Origin: Candidatus Poseidoniales archaeon
Lineage (GTDB): Archaea > Thermoplasmatota > Poseidoniia > Poseidoniales > Poseidoniaceae
DNA: 64,000 bases
NCBI GenBank assembly: GCA_003602575.1
Contig: QQRY01000001.1
Location: 6,856 to 70,855 of the forward strand
Reading direction: 5' to 3'
Each line of letters opens with the position of its first letter. Position 1 is the stretch's first letter. Shown piece by piece: positions 56,801 through 64,000 of the stretch. The notes under the pieces were generated by a model. It was not told the DNA's origin. It ran no database searches and saw nothing but the letters and a program-made list of their open reading frames with translations. Both the position numbers and the translations under genes were made by a program.

Positions 56801-56995
56801 CAGATTTGCTAATTGATTAGGAATAAACCATCTCCAAACCATAGTAGCAATGAAAAGGGCTGACATCAAAGGGAATAATTGTTCAATAGAAAATTCTGAA
56901 GTTGAACCACCTTCAGCGCTAACATATGATAGTGAAAAAATAGAAAAAAATGAAACGATGAGGAACACTAATCCCCTTCTTTTCATCGCTTGCAT
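53870..56995 (-). CDS. Large polytopic membrane protein with helical-repeat (TPR-like) domain and basic disordered tail
   Basis: About 10 N-terminal TMs, helical middle, 2 further TMs, Arg/Lys/Pro-rich C-terminus. Confidence 0.7.
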   Translation of the reverse strand: MQAMKRRGLVFLIVSFFSIFSLSYVSAEGGSTSEFSIEQLFPLMSALFIATMVWRWFIPNQLANLQVAFEIDDDLYEVHRITRDVSDARELLGEGSVGYGVGLYMMGMTGILILIAEFIFQPESFFGPDLYIIGLLILIPILISPWETLNAQLTSKKQKSLSGSKLVIFFRRSFTLIILVTSTLAVLYYGMSKSDDLFIEPVWLAAAMLVFMSPTIFAYGRIMGASWNMLLINKWRTSNGRKNPIDPDKAGILNRLFSLILVIFLLTMPLTALNGIVTVIHVLINEPTNSTEVLNYGGIIGHSLYERIDIISEILFEWEIIKSMPQFLSLYLSLNIAIVGLAFIFELTRNLILGGQTFGGVFGVTLDTPREIRSEVSAQTRQLKFAFAGFSGYTVLLLVLVCYKEFGSLMPFTDWIESRGFDEGMRLLTTWMFIAVGQTVFLLTWLVSIIRYSSLRKLRFDLNPDERREGAVRLAGGDWMRTLVDQAALEEDLDSLIQFQRRSLDGDPALIRHEKARARMWELSIRGLWPLAIEEARKVLAQSGGDDDIARMLIAVGHMASRRLDAAREALHGLEQPEGYDEPELLSFVCEWLDPWQGNVDEDDFWDWENNSCIDHIQNTMQMIRNWNPKQSLDVIHKDRLTRVAQLSMVSLLRAQRMHDEALDISLRLVRQDPTGVRPRIASALCLIDKGDWHSARSIEKELLESDSQDPRVLALSSILGQQSMDEEEFEVALVSGEGKKMKKWINSAPVNSVAALGIKGGMDEAINANVLVTAHEATRRSMPPRYSSGRLTFVANILILIPIWILLGIYVASIRTEIQGAAVSVTLLLLHYSSRKLLLQQRRQIRHRDQKAMVAYAKRMRRFKVAPDKSNIPVGTHLLLSGILVTVNGVVLDIGVPAWLTEHLPKDSDKTVRARLKRRSKKISKSRPPRLQPLGEGWWLKRPKEDGSEVPALERLIGPVAYRGRPSYIDRKAGKNSRPTGMVRTSPRPAHSVDLGSRGIPTNTRKSERKSKLPKNKPNVRVGNSKNLPGYGGKNRRPPV

Positions 56996-57035
56996 AATAC
57001 TCCCACATTACAACTTATCATCAAATCTTCGCCTA

Positions 57036-58256
57036 CTAATCATTGCGATGACGGATTAAAAAACTCTCGATTCGATTGAAAGCCTCATCTAAAACGTCCT
57101 CATCTGGAAGGAAAACGATTCTAAAATGTCCTGCTCCAAGTTCGGGAGAAAAACCACTTCCATGAACTACCAAAACATGTTCTTCTTGTAATAATTGAAG
57201 AACAAAACCCTTGTCATCATTGAACCATTTCTTATCAGTCAATTTAACGAACATGTAGAATGCTCCACCTGCCGATTGAACTTCAAGTCCGTCAATCTGA
57301 GAGATTCTTTTCACGCATAAATCTCTTTGTCTAATCACTTTATCAGAATATGATTTCATCCAAGTTCGATCTGAATCAAGGCCAGCCAAATAACCGATTT
57401 GTGCAGGGGTTGAAGCACAAAGACGTGAACGAAGAAGTCTCTCGATGCCGTCACGAACATCAATTAGGCGCTTCTTTGGGTCGTGAATTGCCAAATACCC
57501 GATTCTCCAACCAGGTGCATAGAATACTTTTGATACTCCATTGAGAGAAAATACTGGAACATCATTGGAAAGGCTTGCAACACTAACATGTTCTCCAGTA
57601 AAGTCCAATCCATCATATATTTCATCAGCAATTATCATACAATTGGGCCACTTTCGAGCGATTGAGAGCAATCTAAATATCTCATCCTTTCCAGAAACAT
57701 TACCACATGGATTATTTGGATTTATCAAAACTAGAAGTCGAACATTTTCATCCATTTTTGATTCTATATCATCAAAATCAACAGACCAACCATCATCCGG
57801 CTTCAATTTGTACTCTATTGTCTCTGCCCCATACATTTGCGGATAAGCCATGTAAGGTGGATAATGTGGGCCTGGAGCTAATACTTTGGTTCCTTCTTCC
57901 AAAGTCGCTGCAAAAATAATCTGTAAAGCCTCTGTGACCCCGTGACAGACATAGATGTCATTTTCACTTGCATTCCAACCTTTCCTCCTCTCATCATGGG
58001 CAATTGCTGATCTAAGTTCAGGTAAACCATATGATGGAGAATAACCATTACGACCTTCTTGTAAAGCCCCAATATAGGCATCTACCATATGCTTAGGAGT
58101 AGGTAATCCGGGGTATGCAATTGGATCACCTATGTTTAGTTTCAAGATTTTATGGCCCTGCTTTTCCAGTTCGGTTGCAGGGACTACCACATCTCTAATT
58201 GCATATTCTATGCTGGATGCCCGTCTCGAAACTGGAACCTGTTCGATTGACATCAT
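57036..58256 (-). CDS. Class I/II PLP aminotransferase (alanine aminotransferase-like)
   Basis: YAIRD, LNIGDP, INPNNP.G, ADEIYD, NGVSK...PGWRIG, HFRIVFLP. Confidence 0.9.
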   Translation of the reverse strand: MMSIEQVPVSRRASSIEYAIRDVVVPATELEKQGHKILKLNIGDPIAYPGLPTPKHMVDAYIGALQEGRNGYSPSYGLPELRSAIAHDERRKGWNASENDIYVCHGVTEALQIIFAATLEEGTKVLAPGPHYPPYMAYPQMYGAETIEYKLKPDDGWSVDFDDIESKMDENVRLLVLINPNNPCGNVSGKDEIFRLLSIARKWPNCMIIADEIYDGLDFTGEHVSVASLSNDVPVFSLNGVSKVFYAPGWRIGYLAIHDPKKRLIDVRDGIERLLRSRLCASTPAQIGYLAGLDSDRTWMKSYSDKVIRQRDLCVKRISQIDGLEVQSAGGAFYMFVKLTDKKWFNDDKGFVLQLLQEEHVLVVHGSGFSPELGAGHFRIVFLPDEDVLDEAFNRIESFLIRHRND

Positions 58257-58261
58257 ACCAC

Positions 58262-58738
58262 CTAGAGATTCTTAGGATCAATTCCACCCATTTCTAAAAC
58301 CGTATGGAAGTGAAACTCTTCCACGGGCTGTACTGAAAGTCTCTGTCCTTTTCTAACCAGTAGCATGTCATCACATTTCGGATTATCTTTTATTTCTTGT
58401 AGACTTACTATGTTTGTGAATTCAACTACTGGTTCAATATCTACCATCATCCATCGAGGATTATCGGGGGTTGCTTTCGGATCAAAATATTTTGAATTAG
58501 AATCTTGAGCAGTAAAGTCTGGATAACCTTCACGACAGACTCTAGCGACACCGGCAACATGAGGAGGCTTGAAATTAGAATGATAAAAAAGTACTAAATC
58601 TCCTTCCTTCATATCGTCTCTCATCATATTTCGGGCTTGATAATTCCTAACTCCATCCCAATGAGTCGAGCCATCAGAAATTAATTGTTCAAAGGGGTAA
58701 ACATGGGGCTCTGACTTCATCAACCAATATCCGGCCAT
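58262..58738 (-). CDS. EVE domain protein
   Basis: YWLMKSEP, WDGVRNYQARN, FYHSN, YFDPK, RLSVQPV; start set at ATG 58738. Confidence 0.93.
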   Translation of the reverse strand: MAGYWLMKSEPHVYPFEQLISDGSTHWDGVRNYQARNMMRDDMKEGDLVLFYHSNFKPPHVAGVARVCREGYPDFTAQDSNSKYFDPKATPDNPRWMMVDIEPVVEFTNIVSLQEIKDNPKCDDMLLVRKGQRLSVQPVEEFHFHTVLEMGGIDPKNL

Positions 58739-58775
58739 ATCTAATCCAAATGTTGGCATCATTTGGACATATTGC

Positions 58776-61700
58776 TCACCAAACATCTTTGACTTCTTTT
58801 ACAATTGCTGCATCTAAGACATCGACTTCCTTAGAGTTCGTTTTAATCAAGCCTAATTTTCTCGCCATTCCAGTAGTACCTTGAACTGTTCCGATTCCCA
58901 TTTTTTCCAATGTCACAAAGATTGCTGGAAGTAGAATCAATGCACTTGCGGCAGCAACCCAAAGTAAAATCAAAATAACTGTGATGAATGGTTTAATTTC
59001 AGGAATCGGTATCCTATACGCAGTTAACATACCTAACGATGTAACTATGGCTGCCTCAAACAACGACATCCCAGTACCTATTGCAGCACTCCGTATTGCA
59101 TTAATGCCACCCCCAAGTTCTCGAATACGATTCGAAATGTGAATGGAAAAGTCTACACCCACTCCGACAAGAATAGAACCAATCATTACAGTAACAAGCG
59201 AAAGAGAAACATCAAGTTGCCACATAACTAACCACTGTAAGGCAACAGTGGCAATAACAGGGGCAGTAGTCCAAAAGGAATATTGAACATCTCTAAACAC
59301 TACAGCAAGAGTGATTAGAGTCAGTATAATTGCGAAACCAAGTGAAGTCCATTGGGAACCAACAATCAATTCGTTTACTTCGATAGCTGTTGCTGCTACA
59401 CCTGTTAAGTGTTCAGCACCACCACCATCAACAGAAGTGAAAGTGTCAGTATGCTGATTTATTGCTTCAACACCTGAGGCTGTTTCAGCTACAGGAATAA
59501 ATGGCATATCCACATAAATCAAAGTTCTATCATATTCACTATTGATGAAAATTTCACGAGTCTCATCCGTGATAGATGCATAGAATACATCCAAAAGGAA
59601 AATTTGAGACTGAGTTGTACCAGGTAATCCGTAATTATCAGGTTGAGTTAATAGATCCCAAAATGAGGCATCAGCAGTTACTTCCCTATTGAAAAGTAAT
59701 GAAACTGTTTCCTTAATATCATCTGGTAATGGTGTGTTATTAACAAATTCATAAACTTGAGTTCCTGATATCGTAGGTGCAATACCAGTAGATTTCATTA
59801 AGAAAACAATAGAGACCGCAGAAGCATTGTTGACTGTGTTTAATTTCGCCTCTAATTGATCTATCCGCTTAAGATTCTCAGCAGGATCGTCATTTCCAGT
59901 ATCTTGGTCATTTGTATCACCAGTGACCTTAGCATGAATTAGAACCATACCAATTTGTCCTGCATCAAAATCTGAACTATATTGTTTCATCTTTTGGACT
60001 GAAGGCTCATATTCTGGCGCCATACCAAGCAAGTCAATATTTTCTTCAACATTAGCTTGTCCAACAGTTGCTGAAATTAAAATAACTAGTATGAATACTC
60101 CAATCACTCCCTTGTTATGCTTAACGGGAACATTCACAAGATGTTCAAATGCCTTCAAAGGAGGGTGTTTAGGTTTACGTAAGTCAAGAATTAGAGTTAA
60201 ATTAGGAACCATGAACATTGTCAAAATATACACGATAACAATACCTGTAGAAAGTGCAATTCCAACTGTTTGAATTGGCGCCATAGGGGTAAAAACTAGT
60301 GATATAAATCCAATAACTGTGGTTACTGCAGATAGGAAAACAGCCTTACCCGTCGATGAAAGAGATGCTTTCATCTTTTCAGATTTAGTTCCACCTTCTT
60401 CAGCATAACGATTTGTTATGTGAAGCCCATATGAAACACCAAGTGCCAATAGAATAGGACCTACAATAATGACAGTCATTGTGACTTCATAATTAGTCGC
60501 TCCAATCAGACCTAAAGTCCAAAATACAGCGCAAAGGGTAGGCAAACCCGCAATAATCACCACCTTAATGCCTTGAATCGGTCGAATTCCGGTAATCCCT
60601 GTTTGGAGTACATCAGAGTGAAATATAAACAGACCACCAGCGACAAGAACAATAGCCAGCGGGAATATTTCCCAAAATAATTTGAATGAAAATTCTGTAA
60701 CTGCATTCGTAATTGGTACAGGCCCAGTCAAAACCATTTGTAGATTCAAACCTTCATTTTCATCTTTCCAATTACATGGTTTAGAATCTGCGATACCATC
60801 ACCGTTTTCGTCATCACAGAAAATCTCTCGATTTTCCATCTCCTCGAGCATTTCTTGTGTTTGGGCAATAAAATCCTTGGCGTCAATTTCATCTGAAAGT
60901 GCTACTGCCATGATTGCTTTATCTAAGATATAATCTGGAGATCCACAATCATCTTTGTACTTTTCACCCCGGACATCTCCATAACCTGTAGTGCAGACAT
61001 CGCGTGCAAGTTTATCTAGACCCGGTGTAGAAGTACCGTCATCTTCATACATCTCTCCCACTACAAGGTCGATAGTGTTCTGACTAGGAATTTCATAAGA
61101 ACCGCCAAATTGTTCATCTGTAGATTCAAGTAACTCATTAAGAGTGTCCGCCGCTGAAGCACTAGTGCATTCTTCTTCTCCAGCTGCACAACCTAACTGA
61201 CCAAGTTCTGTAATAATCGCTTCTCTAACACGAGGAGCACTTGAATTGACTTCTTTTAGAACAGTAGAAAGAGAAAGAATGTAAATCACATCATCTTCGG
61301 TTTCATTGATTCCATCACCATCTAAGTCGCACTTGAACGATGATAGGCAAGGATTCAAGGTTTTCTCGACAAGACTAATCTGCTCTAGAATCCTCTTATC
61401 GGTAATATTTCCATCCCCAGATTCTATGTAAATAATCATAACATTGGTCGTCCAATCTTCTTCAACCAAACTGATTAGCCTACCAACTTCGCTACCTTCT
61501 GGAAGATATACTTCTAAATCTCCGTTGACATTGAGTGCTGGTTTATCTGGATCATCATCAAATTGAGTCCCATCTAAGAACCCTGAAGTAGTAACGAAAT
61601 ATGCTGTAATCATCAAGAAAACTAGAACTGTTGCTATAGGAAATCGAGTGATTGCGCCAGTTGCACCAGACTTTTGCCATTCACGCTTGAATCTATCTGG

Positions 61701-61874
61701 GGCATCTAAAACAGCGTCTATCGCAGCTTTGGCATTGAAGTCTTTGACTCTAGCAGTCAAATCTACTGCACCAGACTGAATTTTCGAGCGACTATATTCA
61801 GCAAGAGCAGCCACTCTTTTGGAGAATTTGCGCTTATCAGCGGCTGGAGGTTCTGATTTATCATCACTCACCAT
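58776..61874 (-). CDS. MMPL/RND-family transporter
   Basis: Two 1+5 TM repeats with large loops; LGVSYGLHITNRY and GVGVDFSIHISNR. Confidence 0.88.
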   Translation of the reverse strand: MVSDDKSEPPAADKRKFSKRVAALAEYSRSKIQSGAVDLTARVKDFNAKAAIDAVLDAPDRFKREWQKSGATGAITRFPIATVLVFLMITAYFVTTSGFLDGTQFDDDPDKPALNVNGDLEVYLPEGSEVGRLISLVEEDWTTNVMIIYIESGDGNITDKRILEQISLVEKTLNPCLSSFKCDLDGDGINETEDDVIYILSLSTVLKEVNSSAPRVREAIITELGQLGCAAGEEECTSASAADTLNELLESTDEQFGGSYEIPSQNTIDLVVGEMYEDDGTSTPGLDKLARDVCTTGYGDVRGEKYKDDCGSPDYILDKAIMAVALSDEIDAKDFIAQTQEMLEEMENREIFCDDENGDGIADSKPCNWKDENEGLNLQMVLTGPVPITNAVTEFSFKLFWEIFPLAIVLVAGGLFIFHSDVLQTGITGIRPIQGIKVVIIAGLPTLCAVFWTLGLIGATNYEVTMTVIIVGPILLALGVSYGLHITNRYAEEGGTKSEKMKASLSSTGKAVFLSAVTTVIGFISLVFTPMAPIQTVGIALSTGIVIVYILTMFMVPNLTLILDLRKPKHPPLKAFEHLVNVPVKHNKGVIGVFILVILISATVGQANVEENIDLLGMAPEYEPSVQKMKQYSSDFDAGQIGMVLIHAKVTGDTNDQDTGNDDPAENLKRIDQLEAKLNTVNNASAVSIVFLMKSTGIAPTISGTQVYEFVNNTPLPDDIKETVSLLFNREVTADASFWDLLTQPDNYGLPGTTQSQIFLLDVFYASITDETREIFINSEYDRTLIYVDMPFIPVAETASGVEAINQHTDTFTSVDGGGAEHLTGVAATAIEVNELIVGSQWTSLGFAIILTLITLAVVFRDVQYSFWTTAPVIATVALQWLVMWQLDVSLSLVTVMIGSILVGVGVDFSIHISNRIRELGGGINAIRSAAIGTGMSLFEAAIVTSLGMLTAYRIPIPEIKPFITVILILLWVAAASALILLPAIFVTLEKMGIGTVQGTTGMARKLGLIKTNSKEVDVLDAAIVKEVKDVW

Positions 61875-62037
61875 AGCCTCTCCTTAGACTTGCCAATAAA
61901 TGACACTTCAAATGCTTGCCGACAAGATGAGTTGATTTCTGGCTTATTTCAATCATCACCATGCGCTGGTTTGAAAATGTAAAAGATTACGGCCACATGG
62001 ACCCGTACTGTTAACGAGTAGGGGGCCGGTGAGGCAC

Positions 62038-64000
62038 ATGCCATCCCCTACACTATCAGAAAAGCGCTGGTCTGTTGACCTAGAAAAGAAGATTCAAGAA
62101 GAACATAATAGCGATGCTGCTACGTATTACAAGCGCTATGGATTCAAACCGGATTCTGGAAAAGAAATCTTCGTCATTGATACTCCACCACCATATCCTT
62201 CTGGTACATGGCACATAGGTGCTGTTGCTCAATATTCCATGATTGATGTTATTGCGCGTTCGCAAAGACTCCTTGGCAAAGAAGTATATTTCCCATGGGG
62301 TGTTGATAGGAATGGAATCAATATTGAATTCACAGTTGAGAAGAACACCAAGCGAAAGATGAAAACTTATGATCGAGAAGAATTCCTTAGCCTTTGTAAG
62401 GAAACTATTGAAGAATTTACTCAAGCGATGAGAAATACTGCGAGAAGAGTAGGGTTATCTTGTGATTTCGAAAAGGAATACCTAACTGACGCTCCTAACT
62501 ACCGAGCAGTAACTCAATCGATATTTGTTGAATTATTCAAAAAGGGAACTATCGTTGAAGATTTACGTCCTAATATTTACGACCCAGTCGAAGGAACAAC
62601 CATTGCTGATGCTGAAGTTGAAAGACTCAATCGAAGAACACAGTTAGTCGACGTCAAATGGCAAACAGAGGATGGTACAGAAGTTATTATTTCCACAACT
62701 CGTCCTGAATTAATTTGTGCTTGTGGAGTTGTTGTTGTCCATCCAGACGATAAGCGATATGCTCATTTAATCGGTAAGAGAATAAAGCTACCTGTACCTG
62801 TTAGTGGAAGAGAAGACTATGTCGAGATTCAGACTCATTCTTCTGTAAAATCAGAATTTGGCTCAGGAGTATTGATGGTGTGTTCATTTGGGGACCAAAA
62901 TGACGTCGCTGTATTTCGTGAACTTGGACTAAAGCCTTTCCAAGCAATCAATTTAGAAGGCTGCATGACAGAACTTTCCGGCCCTTTGAATGGAATGAAA
63001 GTAAGAGATGCACGCAAAGAAATTATCGAAATACTACAGCAGGACGGTAGAATCAAAAACATTGAAGACCGTGAACAAGAAGTCCCTGTATCTGAAAGAG
63101 GTAAGAATCCTGTCGAAATAATCTTACTCAAGGAATGGTATGTTCGCCAAACTCATATTCAAGGGAAAATGAAAGAATTGATCGAAGATATTGAATTTCA
63201 CCCAAATAGAAATAAACAATTTTTAATCGATTGGATGGATAACATCAGTATTGATTGGCCTATTTCACGTCGACGTTGGTACCATACAGAGATACCAATT
63301 TGGTATAGCGAAGATAATGATTTCATTATTATCCCACCATCTGGGACATACGTTCAACCTTGGAAAGAATTACCGCCAACTGGAAGCCGAGTACTTAGCA
63401 GAAATGAGCGTGAAGATGTTGGTAGTTATGATGATTTGAAAGAATCTCTAGGGCAAGTTACTGGTGAAGAGAAAGTATTCGACACATGGATGGATTCTTC
63501 AAATTCCAATCTTTTCGTTAGTGGTTATCTAAATCAACCAGAAGTTTTCGAAAAGGCTTTTCCAACAGCACTAAGACCACAGGGCAAAGAGATTGTTAGA
63601 ACTTGGCTTTATTACACACTACTGAAATCAGCCCTATTGCTAGACAAGCCTGGGTTCAAGCATGTTTGGATTGACGGCCTAGGAATGGACCCTTGGGGTC
63701 GAAAAATGAGTAAATCACTCGGCAATGGAATTGATGCAGATTCTGTCCTAGAGTGTGGAGCTGGAGGCAGAACTGGTTCTTGGAAAGTCAAAGGCCCAGA
63801 AAAAACTGTCAGCCTTAGAGCAAATAAAATTGGTAGCGAGTGTTTTAGACTCTGGAAAGCATGTGACGCACAAGTTGGTGATGACTTCCACATAAATCCC
63901 GAAGAGATCGAACAAAGATATTTTGGAGTTTTAACTAAATTATTCAATGTTGCTAGATTCTCATCTCAATTCGAGGTCCCAGATGACCTTGACAAAATAC
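62038..64000 (+). CDS. valS: Valine--tRNA ligase, 3'-partial (absent from the ORF track)
   Basis: Manual translation MPSPTLSEKRW...IDTPPPYPSGTWHIGA, DWPISRRR, FDTWMDSS, RPQGKEIVRTW, KMSKS; no stop seen before the window end; GGTGAGG SD. Confidence 0.93.
   Translation, partial: MPSPTLSEKRWSVDLEKKIQEEHNSDAATYYKRYGFKPDSGKEIFVIDTPPPYPSGTWHIGAVAQYSMIDVIARSQRLLGKEVYFPWGVDRNGINIEFTVEKNTKRKMKTYDREEFLSLCKETIEEFTQAMRNTARRVGLSCDFEKEYLTDAPNYRAVTQSIFVELFKKGTIVEDLRPNIYDPVEGTTIADAEVERLNRRTQLVDVKWQTEDGTEVIISTTRPELICACGVVVVHPDDKRYAHLIGKRIKLPVPVSGREDYVEIQTHSSVKSEFGSGVLMVCSFGDQNDVAVFRELGLKPFQAINLEGCMTELSGPLNGMKVRDARKEIIEILQQDGRIKNIEDREQEVPVSERGKNPVEIILLKEWYVRQTHIQGKMKELIEDIEFHPNRNKQFLIDWMDNISIDWPISRRRWYHTEIPIWYSEDNDFIIIPPSGTYVQPWKELPPTGSRVLSRNEREDVGSYDDLKESLGQVTGEEKVFDTWMDSSNSNLFVSGYLNQPEVFEKAFPTALRPQGKEIVRTWLYYTLLKSALLLDKPGFKHVWIDGLGMDPWGRKMSKSLGNGIDADSVLECGAGGRTGSWKVKGPEKTVSLRANKIGSECFRLWKACDAQVGDDFHINPEEIEQRYFGVLTKLFNVARFSSQFEVPDDLDKI

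Noticed and set aside
58262-58738. EVE protein as reader of a 7-deazaguanine mark or as a restriction component
   Set aside because: Stand-alone, 51 kb from the que operon, with no nuclease partner
61875-62037. tRNA or T-box-like leader before valS
   Set aside because: No cloverleaf or T-box motif seen; the region fits divergent promoters and an SD
62080-63947. Short ORFs 62080-62424, 62835-63131, 63251-63439 and 63612-63947
   Set aside because: Shadows of valS, which the track missed because it has no stop in the window

Overview
AT-rich, very tightly packed archaeal chromosomal segment. Archaeal ribosomal proteins S19e/L39e/L31e/S17e, EndA, archease, a 7S SRP RNA and an archaeal-type ValS occur with many bacterial-type enzymes (FolE, PntAAB, TopB, class 2 PyrD, MqnC, Lat) and large acidic Ca-binding surface proteins. 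This mix most resembles Marine Group II Euryarchaeota (Poseidoniales); that placement is inferred from gene content. No mobile element, CRISPR array, tRNA or rRNA was found. Most notable: (1) a preQ0 operon (RHH regulator-folE-queE-queC::msrB-queD) whose QueC lacks the Zn-binding cysteines and is fused to an intact MsrB, with helically phased TAATAC repeats upstream; (2) a non-canonical TT(C/G)A(A/T) promoter element 29-30 nt before many starts, including one element serving two divergent genes; (3) two probable ATC/ATT start codons; (4) an endA / wHTH-TerB / degenerate PfkB kinase / archease / SRP RNA cluster with a candidate operator.
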